A stretch of 59,266 bases of DNA from Patescibacteria group bacterium (GTDB lineage Bacteria; Patescibacteriota; JABMPQ01). A program made the position numbers and the translations under genes. Shown one piece after another: positions 1-9,682 of this stretch. Under the pieces are notes generated by a model. The model was not told the origin of the DNA and did not search any database. It worked only from the letters and a program-made list of their open reading frames with translations. Within the stretch, counting starts at the first letter, position 1; each line of letters opens with the position of its first letter. Location: positions 1 through 59,266 of the forward strand of contig JAHJQX010000020.1 of assembly GCA_018818965.1 (NCBI GenBank), written 5' to 3'.

Positions 1-306
1 GTCACCAGCCCCTGATGTTCCTCTCTGAATACCACCATCAATACGAACATTATCCCCAAAGGTAACTGGATTATCAACTCCACCACTACCAGTAGTACTA
101 TTTACAATACTACCATTAAAGTAGGTTACTCCCCCTGTACCTTGAGAGCCTATTCTGATCGAGGGAACTACTACTGTCTCCGAGTAGGTAATGGTACTGG
201 CCGGTTGGAGGGAGTTGGCAGTACTAGCTGAAGCCACCAGGCTCAGTGAGAGGCAGAAGGCGAGGGTGAGGGTGGTTATTGTTAGGGTTTTAGTTAGAGT
301 AACCAT
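1..306 (-). CDS. N-terminal fragment (102 codons, runs off the window start) of a secreted fibre-like protein; third paralogue of the 9831 and 12632 genes
   Basis: My own reverse-strand translation from the ATG at 306-304 gives MVTLTKTLTITTLTLAFCLSLSLVASASTANSLQPASTITYSETVVVPSIRIGSQGTGGVTYFNGSIVNSTTGSGGVDNPVTFGDNVRIDGGIQRGTSGAGD. It has a signal-peptide-like start. The motifs (I/L)QPA, GTGGV.F.NGSI.N and PVTFGD.VRIDG.I.RG align with residues ~35-115 of both large ORFs. It is missing from the ORF track because it has no stop in the window. Confidence 0.6.
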   Translation of the reverse strand, partial: MVTLTKTLTITTLTLAFCLSLSLVASASTANSLQPASTITYSETVVVPSIRIGSQGTGGVTYFNGSIVNSTTGSGGVDNPVTFGDNVRIDGGIQRGTSGAGD

Positions 307-345
307 AAGTTAATTTTATTTTACGGGCTTATTTTAGCACACTTT

Positions 346-903
346 CTAAACTCTCTCCACATATTTCCCGTCTCTAGTATCAATCCTTATTGTATCGCCC
401 TCTTTGACAAATAGGGGAGTATTCACTTTCAGGCCAGTTTCCAATTCCACTTCCTTAGTACCACCATCAGCCGTATTCCCTTTGACACTGGGAGGGGCTT
501 TCACTACCTTGAAGTCTATTTTGATTGGCAGCGCAATATTTACCGGCTGGTCGTTGTAATAAAGAATATCTACTTTGGTGTCTTCGATAAGATACATGCC
601 TTTGTTGCCAACAACGTTTTTCGCCAGAGAAAACTGATCGTAAGTTTCGTTGTCCATGAAACAGTAATTACTTCCTTCTTGATACAAGTAGAGACATTTT
701 TTACTGTCTAGAGACGGCTCGCCGAATTTATCACCATCTTTGAAATTTTCTTCTAAAACGTTACCGTTCAAAATATTTTTCAGTTTTGTTCGCACTACGG
801 CTCCGCCTCGTCCGATCTTGGAGTGTTGGGATTTAATGACTTCGTAAGGCTCGTCCTTGTATTCAATTTTAGCACCTACTTTGAGGTCAGTGATGTTTAG
901 CAT
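346..903 (-). CDS. efp: translation elongation factor P
   Basis: 185 aa with full-length EF-P architecture. The N-terminal KOW-like domain has the loop SKIGRGGAVVRTKLKN, followed by two OB-fold domains. Confidence 0.95.
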   Translation of the reverse strand: MLNITDLKVGAKIEYKDEPYEVIKSQHSKIGRGGAVVRTKLKNILNGNVLEENFKDGDKFGEPSLDSKKCLYLYQEGSNYCFMDNETYDQFSLAKNVVGNKGMYLIEDTKVDILYYNDQPVNIALPIKIDFKVVKAPPSVKGNTADGGTKEVELETGLKVNTPLFVKEGDTIRIDTRDGKYVERV

Positions 904-906
904 GAT

Positions 907-3294
907 TTAATCTTCTCCCCTCTCAATCTCCAACACTATCGGCTCCATCGTTCGATAAGGAAACTTATCGCCATAGGCGAAAGAATCGGGAAACTTAATC
1001 TTAGCGCTAGCTTCTTTCATGTCATAAATTATTCCATCACCCAAGCCGATATCGTTGTATTCTATTGGATCAGTTTGTTCATTAACAGTCACTCCCATTA
1101 CGGTACAATTTCCTTGCCAAGGGTCGTAGTGGACAGCAGTGTCACTTACTTCAGTAGAAAAAGTATCTCCTTCTTTTACGGAACTCAAATTAAACTTGAA
1201 AGTAGCAGTGTGGGTTGTTTTTCCTGGTTTAGTTGTGCATAAACCTAACTTGGCTTCAGGGTTTATGTAGAAATTAAATGAATCCCATTGTTCTTCGTAG
1301 TCTAACTTTGCTTCCCATTTGGCTTGGTAGCCGTATTCTGCCTCTTTCCCAGCCGGTTCAGTGATATTTCCTTCTGTTTTGACTTTAATATTTGAATCAA
1401 CTGTAGAAGTAGTGGCTACAGCTGGATTCATTTTGGCCACTTCTATTTTGGCTGCAAGCTTATCTTCTTGGTCGATAGTATAACAAGATTCAGATTTCGC
1501 TTCGACGGTAATATTAGTAGCGTCAAGCTTCTTTTTTGTCTCGCCATTGCTAAAGATAATAGTTATGTAATCAATATTTTCCTTAGGATCTTCGAGGCAA
1601 AATCTTCTTTTCTCTTTATCGGTCCATTCTTCGTCAAGATATGGATCCCCGTTTTTAGGATAGACAACAGCTTTGATGGCAGCTGCCTCCGATTTATCAG
1701 TGAAGTCTTTTAAGTCTTTGAAAACTATTTGTCTTACTTCTTCAGACTTTGTTTCATTCTTGACATCAAAAAGCTGGGTGGAAAGGTGTTCGAGACCACT
1801 CTCCAACTTAATCGGGATAGAATCTACTTTTTTAATGTTAACTACACTGGCGGCTGCAGCTGAAGATTTATCTGGGAAACCGCCATCATCTTGGTATAAC
1901 TTAACTGGCTTTTTGTTATAGTTCCAGAGAGTAAATTCTCGCCAGTGATTTTTAAAACCACCTTTTATATTATTATCTATAGAATTAAGACAGGAACCAT
2001 AGCTGCCGCACCCCTCCCATATTTTCCTAATAATATCATCCTGATAGATGCCCGGTTGAGTTAAATAGAAAGGGAAAAGGTAGCCGCCGTAATAAAACAG
2101 GAGATCCGCATCTTGTTTATTTATTGATGTTGTAGGCTTGTATAAATAATATTCTAATCTATTTTGTTCAGTGTTGCGGGTGGGGAAAATATAATCTTCA
2201 GCCCAAGTTGCGGTAGACTCTTCCCACCAGTAATCTGTTGTGGTGTTATGCTTAAAAGCAAATTGAAAAGCGTGAAATATTTCGTGAGCAGTCGCCACAT
2301 CAGAATCTTTTCTGGTGATAGCGTTTATCAATATGAAAGCGGAAGAGGGAACAATGGTTTTTTGATTATCAGTAACCGTAGCTCCAGCTAAGTTACCTAG
2401 GCCACTAATATAGTAAATATCCAAACTATCATCTCCCCCCAATTGACCATCGTTGATGGGCTCTCTCCTTAGTAGATTTTTGATCTTATTGTATACATCT
2501 ACTGGTTGTTCTATTTCTTTTTTCAATGTTGCAACTCTCTTTTTGATTTGATTTTCATCGGCTGTTACCACCCTTTCTCTTTTGCCACCAGATATTAATT
2601 CATACGATAAACCATTTTTAGGGTACCATATCTTAATTTTGCCGTTTGCTGCTTTGATGTAGTCAAGCGGCCCGTATTCTTCTTTTATAGTATCTTCTAC
2701 CTTTCCACGAGTATTGACTGGGTTTTTAGTGGGGCTATTGGTCGTTGAAGCTTGAGCTGTTTTAACGAAGACATTCTCTTCGTTAATAGACAATTGTCCT
2801 GTTCTTTGATCCCACCAACTTCCTTTCTCATCCGGCCGTTTCAAAAAAGGATCGATTATTTTTTTGTTCTCGTCGCTGAAACTGTCATAGTTTTCTTGTA
2901 TTCCGGCAAATACGTGGTTGGCCTCAAAAGCCATCACGTCACTTCTATATTCCTCTGGCAATCTCTCATCTCCAAAGGCAGCATAAGCTCCATATACGAG
3001 AGAGGTTTCTTTATCTACCTTGCCCTCTTCATAGGCCTTATCTATTAGATCAAAGCTAGTATTTCCCTCTTGAGCAAAGAATTCTTCCATTGTCATTTCG
3101 CCTCCCGCTAGTTCATCAGACCCACTGTTAAACACATCAAAATGGGCCAGTAACATTCCGCCACCGACAGCTACCATAGCCAACATAGCTACAATGGTTA
3201 TTTTAAGACCGCGTCGCCGTTTTTTCTTCGGTTTTGTTTTGTCAGCCCCCGGCATTTGATTGCCGTAAGGAGAAATTTCTGAGTGTTTACTCAT
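907..3294 (-). CDS. membrane-anchored putative zinc metallopeptidase (gluzincin-like, HExxH...E)
   Basis: There is an N-terminal basic stretch KPKKKRRRG followed by the TM helix ITIVAMLAMVAVGGGMLLA. The motif is ATAHEIFHAFQF, followed ~19 residues later by WWEESTATWAEDY, resembling HExxH-x18-E of MA-clan gluzincins. The ORF track starts at a TTG at 3312; the first ATG is at 3294, so the start is uncertain. Confidence 0.65.
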   Translation of the reverse strand: MSKHSEISPYGNQMPGADKTKPKKKRRRGLKITIVAMLAMVAVGGGMLLAHFDVFNSGSDELAGGEMTMEEFFAQEGNTSFDLIDKAYEEGKVDKETSLVYGAYAAFGDERLPEEYRSDVMAFEANHVFAGIQENYDSFSDENKKIIDPFLKRPDEKGSWWDQRTGQLSINEENVFVKTAQASTTNSPTKNPVNTRGKVEDTIKEEYGPLDYIKAANGKIKIWYPKNGLSYELISGGKRERVVTADENQIKKRVATLKKEIEQPVDVYNKIKNLLRREPINDGQLGGDDSLDIYYISGLGNLAGATVTDNQKTIVPSSAFILINAITRKDSDVATAHEIFHAFQFAFKHNTTTDYWWEESTATWAEDYIFPTRNTEQNRLEYYLYKPTTSINKQDADLLFYYGGYLFPFYLTQPGIYQDDIIRKIWEGCGSYGSCLNSIDNNIKGGFKNHWREFTLWNYNKKPVKLYQDDGGFPDKSSAAAASVVNIKKVDSIPIKLESGLEHLSTQLFDVKNETKSEEVRQIVFKDLKDFTDKSEAAAIKAVVYPKNGDPYLDEEWTDKEKRRFCLEDPKENIDYITIIFSNGETKKKLDATNITVEAKSESCYTIDQEDKLAAKIEVAKMNPAVATTSTVDSNIKVKTEGNITEPAGKEAEYGYQAKWEAKLDYEEQWDSFNFYINPEAKLGLCTTKPGKTTHTATFKFNLSSVKEGDTFSTEVSDTAVHYDPWQGNCTVMGVTVNEQTDPIEYNDIGLGDGIIYDMKEASAKIKFPDSFAYGDKFPYRTMEPIVLEIERGED

Positions 3295-3343
3295 TAGTTT
3301 ATAGAAAATCAACTAGAAATTAAACATTTATCGTTCACCCCTA

Positions 3344-4396
3344 TTATATCTTAAATTCAATAATATCTCCATCTTGGACAATATAATCTCGTCCGCATAA
3401 TTTAAGTAATCCCTGATCCCGAGCCGCACTTTCCGAGCCGACAGCCACAAAATCTTTATAGGCCATTATCTCTGCCCGTATGAATTTCTCGGTAAAATCA
3501 GTATGGATAGCGCCGCCAGCCTGTGGTGCAGTTGAGCCCTTTACGATAGTCCAAGCTCGTGTCTCGTCGGAACCGGTAGTAAAGAAAGTAATTAGACCTA
3601 GAAGTTCGTAAGACTTTACTACTAGCTGATCAAGTTCGGATTTGACGCCGAGCTCAGTTACTTCCTCTGGCTCCATTTCCAGTAAATCTTCTTCCGTCTT
3701 TATATCTAATTTGACATGATCACGACCAGTCAAATCAGCTGGCAGATCTTCATCTATATCCGCCACATTATAGACATACAGAACTGGTTTCATTGTTAGC
3801 AACGATAGTTCACATACAATTGTACGAGTAGCTTCGTCTTTTTCATCTAATTCTACTTTTTGAGCTAATCCACCCTCTTCTAATTCGCGCTTGATTTTTT
3901 GCACCACCGCCAACTGCGCGGTCGCCTCCTCATTTTGCCCACGGGCATCTTTTTCCAGTCGCTCAATCACTTTTTGGGTGGTCTCTAAATCAGCTAAGAT
4001 TAATTCAGTATTAATTGTCTCAATATCACTAGCCGGATCAACTTTTTCATTAACATGGACAATATTGTCATTAGCAAAAACTCGTACTACCTGCACGATC
4101 GCGTCAACTTCCCTGATATTAGCCAAAAATTTGTTGCCGAGGCCTTCGCCTTCCGCTGCGCCTTTGACTAAGCCAGCGATATCAACAAATTCGATAACAG
4201 TTGGAATAATTTTGGCTGGTTGGGAAATATCAGCAATCTTTTGCAAGCGCTCATCTGGTACTTCCACAATTCCCACATTAGGTTCAATAGTACAAAAAGG
4301 GTAGTTATTGATATCTACCGGATTTTTAGTTAAGGCTTTGAACAAAGTCGATTTGCCGACGTTGGGCAGACCGACTATCCCAATCGAAAGAGACAT
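3344..4396 (-). CDS. ychF: ribosome-binding ATPase YchF
   Basis: 350 aa. The P-loop is GIVGLPNVGKSTLFKALT, with YchF-type G-domain motifs and a C-terminal TGS-like domain (RAWTI.KGSTAPQAAG.IH.DF). Confidence 0.95.
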   Translation of the reverse strand: MSLSIGIVGLPNVGKSTLFKALTKNPVDINNYPFCTIEPNVGIVEVPDERLQKIADISQPAKIIPTVIEFVDIAGLVKGAAEGEGLGNKFLANIREVDAIVQVVRVFANDNIVHVNEKVDPASDIETINTELILADLETTQKVIERLEKDARGQNEEATAQLAVVQKIKRELEEGGLAQKVELDEKDEATRTIVCELSLLTMKPVLYVYNVADIDEDLPADLTGRDHVKLDIKTEEDLLEMEPEEVTELGVKSELDQLVVKSYELLGLITFFTTGSDETRAWTIVKGSTAPQAGGAIHTDFTEKFIRAEIMAYKDFVAVGSESAARDQGLLKLCGRDYIVQDGDIIEFKI

Positions 4397-4460
4397 AAAT
4401 TTAATTATTCACTGCTTATACACCGCCCATCCTCCACGAATCTATTGCTTCCTATAATAC

Positions 4461-4483
4461 CTTGTGCTACAGTATTGCACAAG
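4461..4483 (+). promoter_or_regulatory. hairpin in the rpsF leader (candidate S6:S18 autoregulatory structure)
   Basis: A perfect 7-bp stem CTTGTGC/GCACAAG with a 9-nt loop lies 29 nt upstream of the rpsF ATG. A TATAAT box at 4453-4458 lies just upstream. Confidence 0.3.
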
Positions 4484-4511
4484 AAACTAGTAATTAGTTT
4501 ATTTTTTTCTC

Positions 4512-5000
4512 ATGAATTACGAATTAATTTACATTCTGACACCAAAGTTGTCAGAGGCCGATGCTGCAAAAAAAATAGCTGAGATTTCTAAATCTATCGA
4601 GAAAGAGGCCGGCGAAATTGTTATGGAAGATCTTTGGGGGAAACGCGAGTTAGCCTATCCTATTCAGAAGTTTACCGATGGTTATTATGTAGTGCTCCAA
4701 TTTATTATTGAGCCAGAGGTTATTAGCAAAATAGAGAAAGATCTCAAATTAACAGAAGAGGTGATTCGTTACCTGTTAGTTAAGAAGGAAAAATTGGCTA
4801 AAAGCAAAGACGAGATTAAGGCTCCTACTGTCCCAGCCGAAGAGAAAGCGGCGGGTGAACCAGCCGAAGCGTCGAGAAAGCCGCTAGCCACCAAGAGTTC
4901 TCCGACTGAAGAGAAAAACAAAGACAGGAAAGAAAAGACTAAGATCAGTGATTTGGATAATAAGTTGGACGATATCTTAGAAAAAGGCTTGGATGATTAA
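4512..5000 (+). CDS. rpsF: 30S ribosomal protein S6 with a charged C-terminal extension
   Basis: MNYELIYILTP...WGKRELAYPIQKF..GYYVV is the canonical S6 core. It sits in the rpsF-ssb-rpsR gene order and has a ~65-aa K/E/P-rich tail. Confidence 0.9.
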   Translation: MNYELIYILTPKLSEADAAKKIAEISKSIEKEAGEIVMEDLWGKRELAYPIQKFTDGYYVVLQFIIEPEVISKIEKDLKLTEEVIRYLLVKKEKLAKSKDEIKAPTVPAEEKAAGEPAEASRKPLATKSSPTEEKNKDRKEKTKISDLDNKLDDILEKGLDD

Positions 5001-5036
5001 GTTCATTTAAATATAATTAAAAAAGGAGGAAGAATT

Positions 5037-5555
5037 ATGGATCTAAACAAAGTAATGATTATCGGGCGCCTAACCCAGGACCCGGAAGTGAGGACAACCC
5101 CCAACGGCCAGAGTGTGGCATCTTTTGGGGTTGCTACCAATCTTACTTGGAAGGATCAGCAAGGGCAAAAGCAGGAGAAAGTAGAGTTCCACAACGTTGT
5201 TTGTTGGCGGAAGTTAGCCGAAATTTGCGGACAGTATTTACAAAAGGGCAAGCAAGTTTATATCGAAGGTCGTTTGCAAACCCGACAGTGGGAAGGTCAG
5301 GACGGTGTAAAACGTAGCCGCACGGAAATAGTAGCTGATAATATGATTATGCTAGGTGGTCCGGGTGGACCTGGTAACACTACTGGCGCCACTGGTAGTA
5401 ATAACACTCCAGCTGAGGAAACACCAGTTATTCAAGTAGAAGATGAGGTAGGATCAGCGCCGGCTGGTAAATCCGCTGCTAAAAAAGATGATGCTGCTAC
5501 CATCCAAAAAGGAGATGACAAGGAAAAAGTAAGCATTGAAGATATTCCGTTTTAG
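5037..5555 (+). CDS. ssb: single-stranded DNA-binding protein
   Basis: The OB fold is [28 protein letters not shown]...W.D, followed by a Gly/Pro-rich linker and an acidic C-terminal tip IEDIPF. Confidence 0.95.
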   Translation: MDLNKVMIIGRLTQDPEVRTTPNGQSVASFGVATNLTWKDQQGQKQEKVEFHNVVCWRKLAEICGQYLQKGKQVYIEGRLQTRQWEGQDGVKRSRTEIVADNMIMLGGPGGPGNTTGATGSNNTPAEETPVIQVEDEVGSAPAGKSAAKKDDAATIQKGDDKEKVSIEDIPF

Positions 5556-5570
5556 TATTTTAGTAAAATT

Positions 5571-5786
5571 ATGGCTTATCGAGAAAAAAAATGTCGTTTG
5601 TGTGAGCAACAAGCTCAAGAGGTGGATTACAAAGATGTCAATCTCTTACGGGGGTTTGTTTCTTTTCAAGGGAAGATAATAAATCGCAAACGAACAGGCA
5701 ACTGTGCCAAGCACCAACGGCTAGCAACTCGGGCGATTAAAAGAGCTCGTTTCTTAGCCTTGTTACCGTATGTTGGAGATCAGTAG
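5571..5786 (+). CDS. rpsR: 30S ribosomal protein S18
   Basis: 71 aa. The motifs are KKCRLCE....[11 protein letters not shown]....[27 protein letters not shown]. Confidence 0.95.
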   Translation: MAYREKKCRLCEQQAQEVDYKDVNLLRGFVSFQGKIINRKRTGNCAKHQRLATRAIKRARFLALLPYVGDQ

Positions 5787-5788
5787 AG

Positions 5789-6166
5789 ATGTCTAGTGGA
5801 GGGAAAAGAATTGGCATTTTAGGTGAGGAGGTGGCCGCCCGGTATCTAGCTAACCATGGCTACCAAATCATCGTGCGAAATTATCGACAGAGAGTAGGGG
5901 AAATTGACATTGTCGTCCTTGATCACCATCGAGCAGAGTTGGTTTTCTGTGAAGTTAAAGCTAGAACTGGTATCAGTTATGGAGTGCCGGCAGAAGCAAT
6001 CAGTGCCTATAAACAATACAAGGTTATCCAGACAATCCAGCATTTTCGTCAGGAATACTCAGCTTTATCCGACCAGCCCTATCGTTTTGATGTCCTGGCT
6101 ATCATGGTTGATTTGTCTAATCGGGAGGCTGAGGTTGAACATCTCAAAAACGTTTTTATTCAGTAA
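5789..6166 (+). CDS. YraN-family (UPF0102) endonuclease-like protein
   Basis: GEEVAARYL...GYQII.RNYR...GEIDIV......LVFCEVKAR matches the YraN/UPF0102 pattern (restriction-endonuclease-like fold). Confidence 0.85.
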   Translation: MSSGGKRIGILGEEVAARYLANHGYQIIVRNYRQRVGEIDIVVLDHHRAELVFCEVKARTGISYGVPAEAISAYKQYKVIQTIQHFRQEYSALSDQPYRFDVLAIMVDLSNREAEVEHLKNVFIQ

Positions 6167-6188
6167 GATTCATATCTAAAGTAAACGC

Positions 6189-7496
6189 ATGCCAACAGAA
6201 TTCGAATTCGCCGTTGATCAAATTTGCGAAGAAAAAGGAATTTCCAAAGAAGCTGTAATCGAAACAATCGAAGCAGCTTTAGCCGCTGCCTATCGTAAAG
6301 ATTATGGTGAGAAGGGACAAAATATTGAGGCAACGTTTGATGTCAAAACTGGTCAAACGCGGGTTTTTGATGTCCAGGAGGTAGTTGAGGAAGTAGAGAA
6401 TCTAAAGAGAGAGCTGACAGAAAAAGAAGCGCAGAAGCTAAAAAAGGGTGCTAAAGTGGGTGATGAAATTAAAACTGAGGTTACCCCCAAAGAAATAAAT
6501 TTTGGTCGGATTGCCGCCCAAACGGCCAAGCAAGTTATCGCCCAGAAAATCAGAGAAGCGGAGAAAGACGCTATCTATGATGCTTTCAAGGATCGGGTGG
6601 GTGAGTTGGTCAACGGCGTGGTACAACGGGTTGAGGGCGGTTTGCTTTTTATTGACCTGGGTCAAGCAGTTGGCGTGTTGTCGCCACCCGAACAAATGCC
6701 TCGCGAACACTATCAAATAGGCGATAGACTTCGAGTCTTAATTGCTGATGTTAATATTACTCCTAAGGGTCCGGAGGTAGTATTGTCTCGTTCTCGTCCC
6801 GAGTTTATCAGCAAATTGTTCGCCATGGAAATACCGGAATTTGGAGCTGGGGCTATCGAAATCAAATCAATCGCGCGTGAGGCTGGTGCACGGTCTAAGG
6901 TGGCGGTCAAAGCTTTGCAAGAGGATGTTGATCCCATTGGTGCTTGTGTTGGTCAACGTGGAGCACGTATCCAAACCATTATTTCAGAACTAGGTGGCGA
7001 GAAGGTCGATATTATTTCCTGGGATGATAATATTGTTAAGTATATTACCAATGCTCTTTCACCAGCCAAGGTGTTAAGTGTTAAGATTGATGAAAAGAAA
7101 ATGCACTCTGTCGTAGAGGTGGCTGATGATCAGTTATCCCTCGCTATTGGCAAAGGTGGACAGAATGTACGACTAGCAGTGAAATTAACTGGTTGGAATA
7201 TTGATGTGGTTGGAGAAAGCCAGGAAGTAAAAACTAGTGGTACAGAAGAGACCGAAAAAAAGAAAGTGGCGTCTGACGATGAGACCAAAAAAGAGAGTAA
7301 AAAACCCACAGCTAAAGATACAAAAAAGTCGAGTCAGAGTAAGACTACAAAGGAAAAAAAGGATGTAGCTAAATCTGCTACCGCGGTCAAGAAAGCTAAG
7401 CAGAAACCAGCGGCTAAGACTAAGAAAAGCAAAAGCGGAGTGAAGCCAACGAAGAAAGCTGGGACAAAAAAGAGTAGCGAGTCAAAGAAAAAGTAA
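6189..7496 (+). CDS. nusA: transcription termination/antitermination factor NusA with a Lys-rich C-terminal tail
   Basis: It has an N-terminal NusA domain, an S1 domain (GELVNGVVQRVE.G.LFIDLG), and two KH domains (GACVG.RG.RIQ.I..EL.GEK.DII.W; IGK.GQNVRLA..LTGW.IDV). The last ~95 aa are K/T/S-rich. Confidence 0.95.
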   Translation: MPTEFEFAVDQICEEKGISKEAVIETIEAALAAAYRKDYGEKGQNIEATFDVKTGQTRVFDVQEVVEEVENLKRELTEKEAQKLKKGAKVGDEIKTEVTPKEINFGRIAAQTAKQVIAQKIREAEKDAIYDAFKDRVGELVNGVVQRVEGGLLFIDLGQAVGVLSPPEQMPREHYQIGDRLRVLIADVNITPKGPEVVLSRSRPEFISKLFAMEIPEFGAGAIEIKSIAREAGARSKVAVKALQEDVDPIGACVGQRGARIQTIISELGGEKVDIISWDDNIVKYITNALSPAKVLSVKIDEKKMHSVVEVADDQLSLAIGKGGQNVRLAVKLTGWNIDVVGESQEVKTSGTEETEKKKVASDDETKKESKKPTAKDTKKSSQSKTTKEKKDVAKSATAVKKAKQKPAAKTKKSKSGVKPTKKAGTKKSSESKKK

Positions 7497-7503
7497 AATT
7501 AAT

Positions 7504-7570
7504 CTAGAGGTGAGACAAAAAGTTTGTGGATTATTTCTGACAGAAATCGTTGTTCATCTCTAGTTTTTTG
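7504..7570 (+). terminator. structured intrinsic terminator after nusA
   Basis: The outer 10-bp stem CTAGAGGTGA/TCATCTCTAG has one G:U pair and encloses an inner ATTTCTG/CAGAAAT hairpin. It is followed by TTTTTTG. Confidence 0.55.
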
Positions 7571-7623
7571 TTAAAATAGGTAGGAATTTCTTATTTAATC
7601 AAAAATTAATTAACCTATCAATT

Positions 7624-9615
7624 ATGCAGTTAGAAATCTATCCAGTTGTTGCCTCGTTGATCGCTCTTGTCTTTGCTGTCATTCTGGCCATGCGAATTAA
7701 AAAGATGAAAGATGGCACTGAGGAGATGAAGAACATTGCCAACTCTATCAAAGAAGGAGCCATGGCCTATTTATCCCGACAGTATAAAGTAATTGCCTTA
7801 TTTGCAATTGTTTTATTTATTGTCCTGTGGTGGGCGATCAATTTTGAAACTGCCATCGGATTTTTGGCTGGAGCGTTCTTGTCAGCTTTGGCGGGCTATA
7901 TTGGCATGAGTATATCGGTGCGGGCTAACGTTAAAACAGCTGAAGCGGCCAAGTCTGGCCTTGATAAAGCTTTATCCGTTGCCTTCAAAGGTGGGACGGT
8001 AACTGGCATGTGCGTAGTTGGTATGGGTCTACTCGGCGTTTCCGTTTTTTACCTTTGGTTTAGGGATCCAATTTTGTTAGTTGGTTTTGGTTTTGGAGCT
8101 TCTCTAGTTTCTCTTTTCGCTCGTGTCGGTGGCGGTATTTACACCAAGGCAGCTGATGTCGGAGCAGATTTAGTAGGTAAAGTAGAAGCTGGAATTCCCG
8201 AAGATGATCCTCGTAATCCAGCCACTATAGCTGATAATGTGGGTGATAATGTAGGTGATTGCGCAGGGATGGCCGCTGATTTATTCGAGACTTACGCGGT
8301 GACAGCTATTGCAGCTATGATTTTAGGTCTTGGTATGGCTAATGGTGCAACCTATCCCTTAGTTTTAGGGGCGGTGGCTATTATCGCTTCGATTGTCGGT
8401 GCTTTCTTTGTCCGACTAAAGGGTGAGAAAATTATGGAAGCCTTATACAAAGGGATGTTTGTGGCGGCTGGACTCTCCATTATTGGTTTTTACTTTGTTA
8501 CGAAATGGATGGTAGGTGATATGAAACTTTTCTGGGCAGCCGTGGTTGGTATCGCTGTGACAGTTATCATCACCGTCGTTACTGAATATTTCACTTCTAC
8601 CAAATACAACCCAGTTAAAGCAATCGCGGAAGCATCCAAGACTGGTCCAGGGACAAATATTATTTCTGGTTTGGCAGTTGGCCTTAAAAGTACCTGGCCG
8701 ATGGTAGTAACCATTTGTGTTGGTATCCTTCTGGCGTATTACTTGGCTGGTGTGTACGGGATTGCTATCGCGGCAGTCGGAATGCTTTCTATTACTGGCA
8801 TTGTGGTTGCTCTCGACTCTTATGGACCAATTACTGATAATGCTGGTGGTATTGCCGAAATGGCTAAATTGCCCGAGAAGGTGCGTCGGAATACTGATGC
8901 TCTCGATGCCGTGGGTAATACTACTAAAGCTGTTACTAAGGGTTATGCGATCGGTTCAGCTGCTTTAGCTGCCTTAGCCCTATTCTCAGCCTATACTGAT
9001 GAGATTGCCAAGGCAGTGGAAGAACTCAAGTTAGACACAGAAATGATACTTAATATCGATAATGTTTTTGTCTTGATTGGTTTACTGCTTGGTGGTTTAC
9101 TGCCCTTTGTTTTCTCAGCTTACGCCATGCAAGCTGTTGGCCGGGCTGCCTTTAAAGTAGTGGAGAATGTGCGCAAGCAGTTCAAAGAAAAAAAGATTAT
9201 GGAAGGAAAAGACAAGCCAGATTATGGTCAATGTGTAGATATTGTGACTAAAGCGGCGCAAAAGGAAATGATCTTACCAGCTATCTTAGCCGTTGGTTCA
9301 CCCTTAGCCGTTGGTTTTCTCTTGGGTCCCAAAGCTTTGGGTGGCTTTCTGATTGGTATTATTATCACTGGTCTTTTAGTAGCTATCCAAATGACTACCG
9401 GGGGAGCGGCTTGGGACAATGCCAAGAAGTATATCGAGGATGGTAATCATGGCGGTAAGGGTTCGGAGGCGCACAAGGCGGCCGTGGTTGGCGATACGGT
9501 CGGTGATCCCTATAAAGACACCGCTGGACCAGCTCTTAATTCCTTAATCAAGGTAATTAATACCATCGCCTTGATATTCGCAGCCTTAATTGTTGGTAAT
9601 CACTGGTTAGGTTAA
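7624..9615 (+). CDS. hppA: membrane-integral proton-translocating pyrophosphatase (K+-independent type)
   Basis: 663 aa and multi-TM. The motifs are [38 protein letters not shown] and [18 protein letters not shown]. The Lys/Thr in GNTTKAxT is the K+-independent signature. Confidence 0.95.
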   Translation: MQLEIYPVVASLIALVFAVILAMRIKKMKDGTEEMKNIANSIKEGAMAYLSRQYKVIALFAIVLFIVLWWAINFETAIGFLAGAFLSALAGYIGMSISVRANVKTAEAAKSGLDKALSVAFKGGTVTGMCVVGMGLLGVSVFYLWFRDPILLVGFGFGASLVSLFARVGGGIYTKAADVGADLVGKVEAGIPEDDPRNPATIADNVGDNVGDCAGMAADLFETYAVTAIAAMILGLGMANGATYPLVLGAVAIIASIVGAFFVRLKGEKIMEALYKGMFVAAGLSIIGFYFVTKWMVGDMKLFWAAVVGIAVTVIITVVTEYFTSTKYNPVKAIAEASKTGPGTNIISGLAVGLKSTWPMVVTICVGILLAYYLAGVYGIAIAAVGMLSITGIVVALDSYGPITDNAGGIAEMAKLPEKVRRNTDALDAVGNTTKAVTKGYAIGSAALAALALFSAYTDEIAKAVEELKLDTEMILNIDNVFVLIGLLLGGLLPFVFSAYAMQAVGRAAFKVVENVRKQFKEKKIMEGKDKPDYGQCVDIVTKAAQKEMILPAILAVGSPLAVGFLLGPKALGGFLIGIIITGLLVAIQMTTGGAAWDNAKKYIEDGNHGGKGSEAHKAAVVGDTVGDPYKDTAGPALNSLIKVINTIALIFAALIVGNHWLG

Positions 9616-9638
9616 TTGTTTAAGTCATCTTTTACTAA

Positions 9639-9666
9639 AGCGGGTTGTTAATTAGCCCGCTTTTTG
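9639..9666 (+). terminator. intrinsic terminator after hppA
   Basis: The stem AGCGGGTT/AGCCCGCT (with one G:U pair) has a 7-nt loop and is followed by TTTTTG. Confidence 0.65.
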
Positions 9667-9682
9667 TGTGTAGCAAAAGGTA

